A stretch of DNA of 63,802 nucleotides, counting the filler, from Octopus bimaculoides (taxonomy: Eukaryota), in assembly GCF_001194135.2 (NCBI RefSeq). It is 6 parts of 6 records of this genome, joined end to end, with 100 filler letters (N's around TTAATTAATTAA, not from the genome) between each part and the next. Parts side by side here need not be neighbours in the genome. Positions count along the whole stretch, not along the records: positions 18,859 to 39,270 come from NC_068982.1; 5 more parts are not named here. The stretch is one strand, 5' to 3'. Below, in pieces: positions 25,133-38,700 of the stretch. The position numbers and the translations under genes were made by a program. The notes beneath the pieces are model-generated. The model ran no database searches and was not told the DNA's origin. It saw only the letters and a program-made list of their open reading frames with translations. The number at the start of each line of letters is the position of its first letter. The first letter of the stretch is position 1.

Positions 25133-26599
25133 TGGAATTTACAAAAAACAAAAGACAAAGACAGGTGTATAAACAACAAACAGGTGTATTCGTTTAATGC
25201 TCAGGAAGGTGAGAAAGTCTTTTACGTTTCGAGCCTACGCTCTTCATTGAACAGAAAAGAACACAGAAATAAACAGAGAGAGAATAAAAAAGAAAGCTTT
25301 AGTAGCTAGCAGTCAATCGTGAATATAATGAAATAAACATAAAGACTCTCTCTCAGCGATTCTCTCCCCACTGAGGGAAGTTTCTCCCCCTCTTCAATTT
25401 CTTATCAAACCTTATTTCTCACTGCCACTGAAGATGAAAACAACCACAGAGGGTGACAGCAGCAATGGCAATCACCAGTCAAATTTCACATATCTATCTA
25501 TCTATCTATTTGTCTGTCTGTCTATCTATCTATCTATTTATCTCTCTCTCTATCTATCTATCTCTCTATCTCTCTATCTATTTATCTCTCTCTCTCTCTC
25601 TCTATCTATCTATCCGTCTGTCTCTGTCTTTCTCTCTCTCTCTCTATCTATCTATCTGTCTGTCTATCTATCTATCTATCTATCTTTCTCTTTGTCTTTC
25701 TATCTCTCTCTCTCTCTATCTATCCGTCTCTCTCTCTATCTATCTATTTGTCCGTCTGTCTGTCTGTCTATTTATCTATCTATCTATTCGTCTGTCTGTC
25801 TATCCATCTATCTATCTATCTATCTATAAATATATGTTCCATCAAAACCAAATGCTCTTTTAATTCATATTCCAAACGCTGTCTTAATAATGGCAAAATT
25901 ATTTTTTAAAATTCATTACTTTTGAAATTATTTGCAACAAAAATAGTATTTCAATGGATTTAAGTGAAATTGTAGTTGTGGCCATTGCTGATGTCATGTA
26001 AATAGCTCCAATGAAATCGTAGCTGTTGCCAGTTTCATGTAAATGGTACCCATGCTAATAGCATGTAAAAAGCACTCATTATATTCATGAAGTGGTTGGC
26101 TTTGGGAAGGGTATCCAGCCATAGAAACCATGCCAAGTCAGACTGGAATGTGACGCAGCTCTCTAGCTTACCAGTTCCAGTCAAACCATCCAACCCATGC
26201 CAGCATGGAAAGCGGACATTAAATGATGATGATGATGATGATGATATATGTATATGTGTATATCACATGATCATGCGACCAGCCAGATGATCAGATGTTG
26301 TTACACATTGCTGGTCACAATGCACTTTGCATCCTTTTAGCCATCGAATGATGCTACCCTGCTGGCTAGGAGCAAGCCAACAATCCCCCGCTGATTGAAA
26401 GGGGGACAGGAGCAATGTGAAATGAAGTGTTTTGCCCAAGAATACAACACACTGCCCAGTCTGGGAATTGAACCCACAATCTAGCAATGGTGAGTGGAAC
26501 AGCCTAATCACTATATACAAAGTGGAGAATTCATCATATTCCAAAAAATGTTGTCATAACAATGAAAGTCATTTCAGAACAGATTATCTCAAATACTAA

Positions 26600-27600
26600 T
26601 CTCTGACTGCTCAGACGACAGTTTAAATTTGGAAAGCAAATTCCAACATAAAATTCTAAATTGCCAAACTTTGCAGCTCATTAACAAGACTATACGTTAT
26701 CCTTTTCATTTTCTATAATCATCTCACACACACCAGTCTATATCATCCAAGACAATTGAGGTACCAGAGTGCACAGAAACTGGATCCACTGATATGCCTT
26801 CACTCATATCTCTTGACAGATCTCCATGCAGCATTTGATACAGAGTATTATGGGATCATTTTGGAATACTTGAGTATCGCAAGTCACTGAGGCATTTGTT
26901 CACAGTGGTTGTCCTTTTATGTAATAGGCAGTACCTAAAACTATAATAATTAATCAAGTTCAGCATTATTACCTGAAATATGAAGAATTCCCAGAGGCTT
27001 AGTTCCAAATCCTGTTCTTTTTGTTTTTTTATATTTGTCATCTGTGTTGGTGTTATTGTAGTTTTGTTTCAATGTACACAACCATGCAGAAAGCCATGAT
27101 GATCTCATGATATTCTACTTCTCTTTCAATCTTTCTCTCTTTCTCTCTCTTGTATAAGATGTTTACAACATGTCTACTAGCCATAATAAACAATATCAAT
27201 AAATGGATAAATAATCGTTGCTTCAAACTAAACACCACAAAATCAGAAATCATAGTTTCCTTTCCTTTTCTTTTTCTTCCCTTCCATCAAACATGGCAAG
27301 GTCATTATTAAAGCCATCTGTCTTCATAGCACAAATATACATATCTCTCCAGAGGCAAAAATTCTTGATGTTATATTAGATAAACCCATGACTTTCAACT
27401 AGCATGTCAACTAATTCATTTGTCACTCACTTCTCTGTTCTGTGTAACAAAAAAATATCAGGAAATTTCTGGCCATTGATCAGATTAAAGTTCTCATTAA
27501 CTCCATTTTGGTTTCAAGCACTAACTATTGTCATTTCCTTTTTCTTTCAATATCTTCTGAACAAAACCGGAAGAATCAAATGCCTTCTTTTCTAAAATAT
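26600..27600 (+). mobile_element. Highly decayed L2/CR1-type LINE reverse transcriptase fragment
   Basis: Degenerate motifs equivalent to LDLSAAFDT.DH.IL (26805-26860), VPQGS.LGP.LF (~26985-27020) and AKNLGVILD..L.F..H (~27355-27405); many stops and frameshifts; boundaries approximate. Confidence 0.55.
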
Positions 27601-28952
27601 TGTTCAGAAAAAGAAAAAAAATTGTGACTGTGTGTTAAGAATTTTGCTTCCCAACCATATGATCTCGGGTTCAGTCCCACTGCATGGCATCTTGAGTAAG
27701 TGCTTTCTACTATAGCCATGGGCCAACCAAAGCCTTGTGAGTGGATTTGATTGACAGAAACTTAAAGAAGCCTGTCATATATATGTATGTATGTGTGTGT
27801 GTGGCTGTGTGGTAAGTAGCTTGCTTCCCAACCACATGGTTCCGGGTTCAGTCCCACTGAATGGCACCTTGGGCAAGGGTCTTCTACCATAGCCTCAGGC
27901 CGACCAAAGCCTCGTGAGTGGGTCTGGTAGACGGAAACTGAAAGAACCTTGTCTTTATATATATGTCAGTATGTGTATATGTTTGTCTCCCCAACATCGC
28001 TTGACAACCGATGCTGGTGCATTTACATCCCCATAACTTAATGGATCAGCAAAAGAGACCAATAGAATAAGTACTAGGCTTGCAAAGAATAAATCCTGGG
28101 GTCAATTTGCTCTCAACTAAAGGTGGTGCTCCAGCATGGCTGCAGTCAAATGACTGAAACATGCAAAAGCATACATACATGCATGCATGCATACATACAT
28201 ATATATATGTCTATGTGTGTGTTTTTCTAGCTGTATTTGTTCCTCACTACTGCTTGACAACTGGTGTTGGTGTGTTCACATCCTCATTACTTAGCAGTTT
28301 GGCAAAAGCAACTGATAAAATATGTACCAGGTTTAAAAAACAGAAAATAAATCCTGGGTGGTGGGGTCAATTCATTAATTCATTCAAATAAAAACAATTC
28401 TTCAAAATGGTGCCCCAGCATGGCCACAGTCTACAAGTAAAAGATACACGATAAAAGACAGTACCCATCACAAGGCATTTCATCCAAAGCTCTAACGACT
28501 CTGCCTAATTACCACTGAAAGGCACCAACAAAACAACATATACGCATAAAACAATCCGGTCCTAATATGATGTAAACTCTACTTTTATATGGAACTGACC
28601 TACAACAATTTATTCTCAGAAACTACTTCAAGCCAATACCATCATCATCAACATCATCATCATCATCATCATCATCATCAGTAAGTAGTGGGTATAGGAA
28701 ACTATGGATAGAACACCATGGTTCCTAAATGTGGAACACACAGCCATTAGATATCAGAAAAGCTCTATTTCAGACTTCAAAAGAAAGCTATAAAGTTTAT
28801 TTTTAATGGAATATGAGTATTTCTTTCAAAATGTAAAATAATATCCTCTTAGCATCGTATACAGATTCTACAGTACTTTGGAACGATGTTAAGTTTGGTA
28901 AACAAACATGGAACTCAGGGCAATATGCTTCATCATCATTATCAGACTTTGC

Positions 28953-28983
<31 letters not shown>

Positions 28984-28986
<3 letters not shown>

Positions 28987-29592
28987 TATATTCAATTGGG
29001 TAATTTGCAAAAACCTGGACCTGCTCCATGATAAAAACTGGTGGTGGCAACACAAACCACCTCCAGTGCTTGAAAAAGAAGACATCTCACTCCTTTGGAA
29101 TTTCACTGTTCAAACTGACAGAAAAATAGATGCAAATAGGCCAGATATTATATTGAAAGACTTCAGACAAAAATCATGCCTCCTCATTGATATGACTGTC
29201 CCAATCGATATAAATGTATCTGTCAAGACCTACCAAAAATTGAGCAAGTATAAAGATCTTGAAATAGAAATTGGCGAAATGTGGAACCTCCAGACTAAAA
29301 CAATACCTGTTGTTATAGGTGCCCTAGGAATGATAGCAAAAGGGGTTAATTACTACCTAGCTCAGATACCAGGAAACCCCCAAAATGGGAGAAATTCAAA
29401 AGATAGTGCTCATGGGAACTGCCCATATCCTACATAAAATACTATGTAATCTCAAATTTTGAAACAAACTTATAATTTTCTTATGGTTTCTTAAACAAAT
29501 ATATGACACCCTTAGGCATAACACCAACATGAACTTCTAACTTGTTGTCTCTTGGAACCAACTTGTACAAATACAAAGCAAAAGACAAAAAT
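28984..29592 (+). mobile_element. 5'-truncated R4/Dong-type non-LTR retrotransposon (restriction-like endonuclease C-terminus plus 3' UTR)
   Basis: ORF ..WQHKPPPVLEKEDISLLWNFTVQTDRKIDANRPDIILKD...LIDMTVP..KLSKYKDLEIEIGEMW..KTIPVVIGALG contains the RPD..(K/D)..KY motif of RLE domains; starts directly after (AAT)n and ends at taataataat. Confidence 0.85.
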
Positions 29593-29885
29593 ATAATAAT
29601 AATCGTAATCATCATTATCATTTAGCATTTGCTTTCCATGCTGGCATGGGTTAGACAGTTTGACTAGAACGGGTAAACTGGAGAGCTGTACCAGGCTTGG
29701 TGTTTATGGCGAGATGCCTTTCCTGTTGCCAACCACTCCAGGAGTTTGGTGGGTGCTTTTTACATGTCACCAGCACAGGTGCCTTTTATGTGTTACTGGC
29801 TCCGGCCACGACTACAATTTCACTTTGTTTGATGTCTTCTCAAGCACAGCAAATCACTAAATGTCTCAATCACTTGTCATCACCT

Positions 29886-29918
<33 letters not shown>

Positions 29919-30959
29919 CATCAGCATCATCGGTTGATGTCCGCTTTCCATGCTAGCATGGGTTGGATGATTTGACTGAAGACTGGAGAACCAGATGGCT
30001 GCACCTCAGCAAAATTTGAACTCAGAGCATAGCGACAGACAAAATACCATGAAGCATTCTGCCTGGTCAGCTAAAAATTCTGCCAGCTCCCCCACCTTGA
30101 TCATAATAACAATAATAATCATTTCTTTATTGCCCACAGGGGGCTAGACATCGAGGGGACAAACAAGGACAGACAAAGGGATTAAGTTGAGTACATCGAC
30201 TCCAGTGCATAACTGGTACTTATTTAATTGACCCCGAAAGGATGAAAGGCAAAGTTGACCTCGGCGGATTTTGAACTCAGAATGTAAGGGCAGATGAAAT
30301 ACTGCTAAGCATTTCCCCTGGCATGCTAACGAATCTGCCAGCTCACTACCCTTAATAATTATTTCTAATTTAGGCACAAGGATAGTAGTTTTGATGGGAG
30401 GGACCAATTGATACCATCAATCTCAGCATTTGACTGGTATTCTATATATAAGAAAGCTAAAGTTGAGGATTTGAACTCAGAATGTAAAGACTTCATAAAT
30501 ACTGCAGATAATCACCGTTTTACATCCTTGACTGGAGTCAGCTGAAATTTATTGACACAGATTTTCAACAGCTGCATGTTCTCCCCATCATCAACCCTCT
30601 ACATGTTTTACAAGCAGGATAATTTTTGTGCTGTCACTTCTCTTATGTCTGATGACGTAAAGGACATTTGTTTACTGCAGAATCAGAATGTAAACAGTAT
30701 TACTGTGTTTTGTTTTTCATTCAGACAGTTTCATTAAGACAGGTTCAATTGACATTCACACACTCAAACATGGGAACGTTTAAGTATGGTGTGAGTGTGG
30801 TGGTGGTGGTGGTGGTGTGTGTGTAGTCAATTTTTTCCCTTACCTACCATCTCTGATGAGTACAATTGTTAGATAAGCATCCAGTTACCTAATATCTGAT
30901 AGAAAACCAATTGATAAGATCATCTGCAATGGAACTGTATTACTGAATATTTTGATTTG

Positions 30960-31118
30960 GCTGTGTGGTAAGTAGCTTGCTTACCAACCACATGATTCCG
31001 GGTTCAGTCCCACTGCATGGCACCTTGGGCAAGTGCCTTCTACTCGGGCCGACCAAAGCCTTGTGAGTGGATTTGGTAGACGGAAACTGAAAGAAGCCCG
31101 TCGTATATATGTGTATGC

Positions 31119-31153
<35 letters not shown>

Positions 31154-31362
31154 CGTGTGTGCATGTATTTGTCCCCCCAACATCGCTTGACAACCGATGC
31201 TGGTGTGTTTATGTCCCCGTAACTTAGCAGTTCAGCAAAAGAGACTGATAGAATAAGTACTAGACTTACAAAGAATAAGTCCTGGGGTCAATTTGCTCGA
31301 CTAAAGGCGGTCCTCGAGCATGGCTGCAGTCAAATGACTGAAACAAGTAAAAGAGTAAAAGA
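30960..31362 (+). mobile_element. Near full-length tRNA-derived SINE (family A) with internal (TA)/(TG) microsatellite; other copies at ~8990-9460, 15430-15760, 17000-17170, 27630-28170, 28220-28450, 34630-35030, 42460-42650, 61250-61560
   Basis: gtggtaagtagcttgcttaccaaccacatg.ttccgggttcagtcccactg..tggcaccttgggcaagtg..ggaaactgaaagaagcccgtcg...cagcatggc.gcagtcaaatgactgaaacaagtaaaaga; box A/box B-like head. Confidence 0.9.
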
Positions 31363-32529
31363 GTATATATGCTGTTCCGATCTACCAATTCCATTTATGA
31401 GACGATGGTCAGTCCAAAGCTACAATACTTACATGCTTGATCTGCCATGCAGTGGAACCAAACCTAAATTCCTGTACTAATGATTAAGATTTTCATTTGA
31501 AGAATTTTGATGGTAGACATCACCTGGTTTAACACCAATGCACAGTTTTTGGGTGTTTTTATGAAGCTCATTCTGTTGCAATCATTCTGAATTTGTCTCA
31601 CGTTTGAGGTTAACTTCCTCCCTTCCCCTCACTCATTCATGATACACTGATCAGAATTCTGGTGTTTCTTTTCCTTCTCTGAATAAGCTATACTATACCT
31701 ACATACATACATACATACATATATATATGTTAAAAATGGGGACGGCCAGTTTATGGGATTACCTTAGGTTTCTTGTCCATAAAGATTTTAGCTTTATGGT
31801 GTATTGTCATAAAGCTAAACTATTTATGGATGGGAAACCTAAGGCAATCCCATAAGCGCCCTTGCTCGAATGTTGTTTTCCACGTACCACCGGCACAAGT
31901 GCCAGTAAGGTGACACTGGTAATGATCACGCTCGAATGGTAGAAAATGTAAAAGAGTTATCCTCCTTAGACCTTAAATTACAAGGCTTCGAGCCTTAGAA
32001 TTTAAGATATCAAATTAGTCAGGAATAGGCAGAATTTTACAATTCTTCAAAATATATTTATACATACACACACGCACATATATATATACATACATACAAG
32101 CATATATATAGTTGAGGTGTATTCCGTTAAGAACGTATTAGAGTACAAAATAGAGCTCATTCACCCTTAGAATTAGCAGAAAGCCAGCAGTATTATGGTA
32201 TATTACCAATTCTAGGCTTAGGTATTTCTTGTGTGTGTGTGTGTGAATGTATGGGGATGCCCAGAGATGTAGTATTGTATCTGTGTGTGAGTGATTGTAT
32301 AAGTATGAGCGTATGTGCGAGTGCATTTGCGAAATAATAAAATTTAGCATGTGCAGCCTAACATGTGAAACAAAGTAAAGACAACGTACACAATGTCGCT
32401 TATGTCGAGCATGTAGAGGTGAACTCACAGCAAGTGGATTGGAATTGTCAGCGTCTGATAGATTCAAAGGAGCCAGTTGGATGTAATAGCATCAAAATCA
32501 AACATTTACTTATGGAGACAGTGATTATA

Positions 32530-32655
32530 CAGGGTGTCCACAAGGTCTGGGTACATGGAGTAAATAAAATCATAACATAAACAATTAAATATAAGAAATA
32601 ATAATTTCTTAAAGTATGTGTTAATCCCATGAACCCAGACTTTGTGGACACCTTG
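32530..32655. mobile_element. 126-bp Tc1/mariner-derived MITE
   Basis: ta|cagggtgtccacaaggtctgggtacatgg ... ccatgaacccagactttgtggacaccttg|ta; 29-bp TIRs with 3 mismatches and TA duplication. Confidence 0.9.
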
Positions 32656-33693
32656 TATGTCACCTGAGGAGATACAACTAGGTCCTATTATACAGGTAAA
32701 CTGTTAATTAATTTAGATTAAAATCTTGTATATATGTGGAACTATATTGTATCGAAACATGTAGTGGTCATTAAACAGCTGTTGAAATATACTCCCTCTT
32801 TGACTCTATTCATTTTTTCCTTCATATATATATATGTATACACATATATATATACACACATATGTATATCTGTTGCCTCTCTTTCTGCCTGCCTGTTTGT
32901 TTATTTGTCTGTCATATATATGTATATGTGTGTGTGTCTGTGTGTGTTTCACTGTGTGACTTTGTATTTACCATTGTCTTCATGTGTATTCATTCATTGT
33001 AAGCAAAAGGCTCCTCCATACAGTGCAGTTTGTTTCCACTTCTCCCTGTAGTCATGTCTGAGTAGTTCATTGCTTGACAGACTGGGTGAGTATTCCCCTA
33101 CTTCAAAACAGGTGAGGGCTGGTGACAGGAAGTGCATCCAGCTGTGGAAACTTTACTACAATGTAGCATGGATGTTGATGATATACAATGACATTCAATT
33201 ATATTCTCAATATATTCTAAGATATTTTAATTCTCAACATTTTAGATTATCACATATGGACAAAAAAGGAAAAAGCAAAAATATCCTTCAAAGCTGGGTA
33301 AATAGAAATTTCCATTAATCATTAATCATTAATCATTTCAATGCTATTTATAGCTGAATAGTTTATTTTTGCCTTAACCCTTTAATATTCAGATTAATCT
33401 TGTCAAATCTAAATTCTTATTAATTCGCATTGTTCTGAATTAATCATGCAGTAACTTGCAACCTTTATATTTCAATGATACAATTGAATATTTTAAGAAT
33501 GACACTGTAGGCTAACATTGTAGAATGACATTGAAAGAGGCTAGATTTTGACAGTTTCAACATAAAACAGGTAGAATATTTGAGCCAGATATGGCTGGTT
33601 TAAATGCTTACAGGTTAAGCAGTATTGTGGGACAGAAAGTACAAACCCTCAACATACATCGTCAAATAAAAAATACAATTTTATTTTATAAAC

Positions 33694-33726
33694 CTGCCAT
33701 GGCTGGTTCAACTAACAAGGCTACAG
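33694..33726 (-). other. Candidate 33-nt exon containing a Kozak-context ATG (gene assignment unknown)
   Basis: ttctcttctgtttcag|ctgtagccttgttagttgaaccagccATGgcag|gtttat. Confidence 0.35.
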
Positions 33727-34592
33727 CTGAAACAGAAGAGAAATGAATATTTTTTTTTGAATTTACAATCACAAAAGATTTCTATAAATAAGCAAACAAA
33801 CAAGCAATATCTCACTAGATGGCAATTAATCATCAATAAGAAAACAAAAGAGGAATAATATAATAGAAAATTAAACAAAGGGAAAAGATATTATTGTAAA
33901 AAATGTAAATTAAGTTTTGTGACAGGAAAAGACCATAAATCAGTTGGTAAAATTTATTTTCTCTCATTTGTAGGTAAGTTTAATGATGATGATGTTGTTG
34001 TTGTTGAGATTCTACTTGGTCATCTTAAATTGACCAATAACATTACAGTGTGGCTATGAGTACTACCGGAACAAAAAAAAAAAATAATAATAATAGATTT
34101 TGAAATCATTAGGATGTTTTAATAACATCTTAAATACCAACTGATGAATAACATCCCAGTAAGCAACAACATATGTCGTCATCGTCATCGCAGTCGTCGT
34201 CATCATCATCATCCTTTAGTGTTCGCTTTCCATGCTTGCTTGGAGTGGATGGTTTGACCAGAGCTGGCAAGCAGGAGAGCTGCTCCAAGTTGTACTCTGA
34301 TTCGACTCAGTTTCTATGGCTGGATACCTTTCCTAACACCACCCACCCACCCACCTTACAGTGCATGCTGGGTACTTTTAACATGGCATTGTATAAGCGC
34401 CTTTGCATGGCATGGCACTGGAATATCACTCTTGCAGGTCAATCCTCTTCATCAGGGGGAGTCCTCTTCATCAGGAGGAGGACTTCTGCTGTGAAAAACG
34501 AATTTTCTGGAGTAAGGACAGAGGATCTTTGTAAAACTACCTGCATTGTTAGAAGCTCTTCTATATTTTCCTTTTCTTCTACTTACGCTCTT

Positions 34593-34623
<31 letters not shown>

Positions 34624-35228
34624 AATATAGGTGCAGGAGAGGCTGTGGAGTAAGAAGCTTGCTTAGTAACCACATGGTTTCGGGTTCAGTCCCACTGCAT
34701 GACAGCTTGGGCAAGTGTCTTCTACTATAGCCTCGGGCTGACCAATACCTTGTGAGTGGATTTGGTAGACAGAAACTGAAAGAAGCCCATCATATATACA
34801 TATATATATATATATGATTGCGTGTCTGTGTTTGTCGCCCCACCATCACTTGACAACCGATGTCGCTGTGTTTATGTCGCTGTAACTTAGCAGTTTGGCA
34901 ACAGACACCAATAGAATAAGTACTACGCTTACAAAGAAAAGGGTCGTGGGGTCGACTTGTTTGACTAAAGGTGGTGTTCCAGCATGGCCACAGTCAAATG
35001 ACTGAAACAAATAAAATGAAAGAATAAAAAATATATATATATATATTGTATTTTGAGATGGTCATTTGTCTTTTTTTGCCAAATAAACACATGTACTATA
35101 TATTTTCTTTCTTTACTTGTTTATTTTATTATTTTAACTCATGTCCATTGACCAGAAATCTTTCATCACACATCTGTGACCTCTTCAGTGACACTTTTCA
35201 TTTTTATGTGTGCACTTGCTCTGCTTAC

Positions 35229-35247
35229 TCCGTTCTCCAGTGAGAAT
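35229..35247 (-). other. Candidate 19-nt microexon
   Basis: atattttttcttcactag|attctcactggagaacgga|gtaagc; strong acceptor and donor. Confidence 0.35.
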
Positions 35248-35646
35248 CTAGTGAAGAAAAAATATATAGGGCATGTGTNNNNNNNNNNNNNNNNNNNNNN
35301 NNNNNNNNNNNNNNNNNNNNNNNNNNNNNNNNNNNNNNNNNNNNNNNNNNNNNNNNNNNNNNNNNNNNNNNNNNNNNNNNNNNNNNNNNNNNNNNNNNNN
35401 NNNNNNNNNNNNNNNNNNNNNNNNNNNNNNNNNNNNNNNNNNNNNNNNNNNNNNNNNNNNNNNNNNNNNNNNNNNNNNNNNNNNNNNNNNNNNNNNNNNN
35501 NNNNNNNNNNNNNNNNNNNNNNNNNNNNNNNNNNNNNNNNNNNNNNNNNNNNNNNNNNNNNNNNNNNNNNNNNNNNNNNNNNNNNNNNNNNNNNNNNNNN
35601 NNNNNNNNNNNNNNNNNNNNNNNNNNNNNNNNNNNNNNNNNNNNNN

Positions 35647-35681
<35 letters not shown>

Positions 35682-36160
35682 TGATTACTTAAACCCACTG
35701 TTTTGGCATGGTTTCTATGGCTGGATACTCTTCCTAATACCAATCACTTTGCAGAGTGTTCTAGGTGTCTTTAATGTAGCACTGGTACTACTGGTAACTT
35801 TTATGTGGCACTGGTAGGGTCACCATTCACTAGATTAATGTCTTATTGAAAAACAAAATCATCATCTAATGACTTACAAACATTAATAAAATAATAATAA
35901 TGGCATTTTTATATACGCTTAAAGCTTATGGCGATCACCGTGCAATGAGAAAGGAAAATAGTCTGATAAAGGGGCTTATAATCCCTCGACAGTAAAAAGA
36001 AGGCTTTCCTATCCATGTGGGAGTCGAGGCCACATCCCTTTGTTAACATGACTAAGTGTGTTACCTTTACACCAGCGAATCAGTCTCCCCATTTCTGTCA
36101 AATTTAAGAACTATAATAGTTTGTGTTTGTTTTTATGTAAACAAACTTTCTATATGCTTT

Positions 36161-36457
36161 CAGTGCGAATGGTTTTTTTATACGGCGCCGAGTTTACAAT
36201 CCTGTAAATAATAATGGTATTTTTATATAAGCTTAAAGCTTATGGCGATCACCGTGCAATGACTAAAGAAAATAGTCTAACAAAGGGGATAGGAAAACCT
36301 TTTTTCTGTCGAGGGCTTATATGCCCCTTTATTAGACTATTTTCCTTAGTCATTGCACGGGGATCACCATAAGCTTTAAACTTATATAAAAATACCATTA
36401 TTATTATTTACACGATTGTAAACTCAGTGTCATATAAAAAAAACCCCACTCACACTG
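36161..36457. mobile_element. Palindromic MITE/foldback (~130-bp arms) with an inverted half-copy at 35885-36014
   Basis: cagtgcgaatgg..tttacaatcctgtaaataataatggtatttttatataagcttaaagcttatggcgatcacc... vs ...ggatcaccataagctttaaacttatataaaaataccattattattatttacacgattgtaaa...cacactg. Confidence 0.85.
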
Positions 36458-37599
36458 ATATTAAAATAAAAATGTATTTAAAGTCCTTCTAGTGAATGTA
36501 TTCAAAGCAGTGAATTGACAGAATTGGCAGAGTGACAAATTGCCTAGTAATACTTAATTATGCCTGTTAATGCTCTGAGTTCTGATCCCAGTGAAGTTGA
36601 CTCTGCCTCCCAACCTCATAGAGTTGATAAAATTAAACACCAGCCATATACTGAATCAATACATATGACAGCAATTCTCCTCCCACAAAGATCTGAAGTC
36701 TTGTGTTTATGTGAAAAACACACAATTTTCATCGAATTGTTCTAGTTATATAAACTTTTCATAGTATTTGAGGAGGTGGAGTATATCACACATTAACCAT
36801 TTCAGTGACAACTCATTTGAAACTACCCCCAGGTTCCTGTTCCATAATACAAAACCTGTTTCAAATTGTTAATATTTTAATGTAAATCTTCTATATTCAT
36901 TACTTTTATTCAGTTATATCCAGACACCAGCATAATAAGGGAAATATGTCAGATATTTTATCAAAATCGTTCCAAAGCTTGCATATTTCCAAACAAATTC
37001 AAACATGTTTAAAAGTGTATTCACAATAGGGTTACATGAGTTAAGCACAATTGAATTTGATACAAATATATAACAATTAAAATAAGCATTGGCAATATTT
37101 CCAGTGTCAACAGATACCGCAATGAAATATCAAAAATACTAGAGATGAGAATGTACTTAAATGAATAAAGAGTAAAATATTAGTGATTAATTAAATCTCT
37201 TTCTTCTCTAATTGTGTTTGTTCTGATAGAAAAATGTGACATACAGAATTTTGCCTATCATTAAAATGTATGAATGACTCTAGAAAGCAGGTGTATTAGA
37301 ATGGTAACAATAATTTGTAAAATGTTTTCAAATGTATTCAGACAAACGTGTTTATGTGCGTGCATGTGTACATGTTCATTTGTATGTTGGTATATATATG
37401 TATGTGCCAATGTGTTTCTATGAGTACACTTCCCATATGCACGCACGCACACAAACACACATTCAAATATATATCTCATAATAAATTTGTATAGTTTGCA
37501 TGAAACATTGTCTGATATAAATAATCGCTTTTAATTTTTTTGTAAAGCCAAAACAATGCATGTTCTAAGAAATAATATGAATTTATGGTTTGCAGATTT

Positions 37600-38260
37600 A
37601 TATTGTATTTCAATATTTTGGAGTTATGACCACCTCTTTCAGGAAATCTCCTTAGAGATTTGGTGTTGTGAGCTGATATTTCTGTTCTGTAGCATGTAGA
37701 TGTGGAAGGTTGCTTTGTATGTAGCCAATCAATTGAGTGCAGCTCTTTGATCTTGCTAATGATGATAGCTTCTTCTAATCTCGGGTTCCCAATGTTTCAT
37801 TCAGTGGTGTGAATGGAAACTTGGATGCCTTGGATGTGACATTTCTGTAGGTATTTTTTCGGTGAAAGAAGCGTTAGAATTGTAGTGTTCTTTAGCCTGT
37901 AGGTGTCCTTTTCTGGCGGTACTTCTGATGTAGGATTCATTAAAATTACTACATATGATTTTATACACCACATAGGACCACAAACATATATCTTCATTGC
38001 TAATTGGGCAGTTGGGCAATGTGCATATAACGTTGTTTTGTGCTGGTCTGTTTTCGGTTAAGAACCCTTCCATATAGATTGCTCAGTGTATTGCAGTAGT
38101 TGTTATTCTTTTTTATTAAAACATGGCTGTTATTTTTGGATGTGTGGGTTTTGTTAGGTGGCCTGATGCCCTGGAACACATTGCATAACTAAGTTTAGCA
38201 TTGTAACACTGTTGGATTGGCCAATTTAGATATTAAACACATTCCTGGCAACTGGTAGGT
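37600..38260 (-). mobile_element. Decayed Penelope-like retroelement, GIY-YIG endonuclease region
   Basis: ORF 37801-38073 reads C.LPNCP.....CL.SYVVYKIICSNFNESYIRSTARK...KEH, a degenerate VYKI.C..C...YIG.T.R....R..EH; downstream RLEEAIIISK; boundaries approximate. Confidence 0.7.
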
Positions 38261-38269
38261 ACATATCTC

Positions 38270-38700
38270 TCTCAACTCCCCCATTTGCGAGCGCGCATTC
38301 TTTCCTTCATATTCGTTCCCAGTAAGTTGTTTTGCACCTATTATACTATTTAAAAAAAAATTTTGTCACTGGGTCAAACACTATAGTTTAGAGGCCATGG
38401 AATGACGATATGAATGTTCCAAGTCCTCTCCCCACCCCTTTCGCGGGAGCGCATTTTCTTTTTCATATTCGTTCAGAGCAAGTCGTTTTACATCTATTAC
38501 ACTATTTTCTTTTGTTTCTTGGCTCCAGTGAAGCATCTCGGAACATTCAGGATGTGAATGTTCCGAGGCCCCCCCCCCGGTTCGCGAGCGCGCATTTTTC
38601 TTCATATTCATTCGCAGCAAGTTGTTTTACATCTATCAGAATATTTTATTTTTTTATTTCCCACCGGGGCAAACGCTTTAGTTTGACCCAAGAAACTGGA
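38270..38700. repeat. Three degenerate tandem copies of a ~140-150 bp CpG-containing unit
   Basis: Core ttcgcgagcgcgcatt.t.cttcatattc.ttc.cagcaagttgttttacatctat at ~38285, ~38440 and ~38581. Confidence 0.8.

Noticed and set aside
37801-37930. Alternative terminal exon for the STMC6-like gene
   Set aside because: Weak acceptor and a GIY-YIG Penelope motif; the 42356 exon has a far better acceptor and a polyA signal
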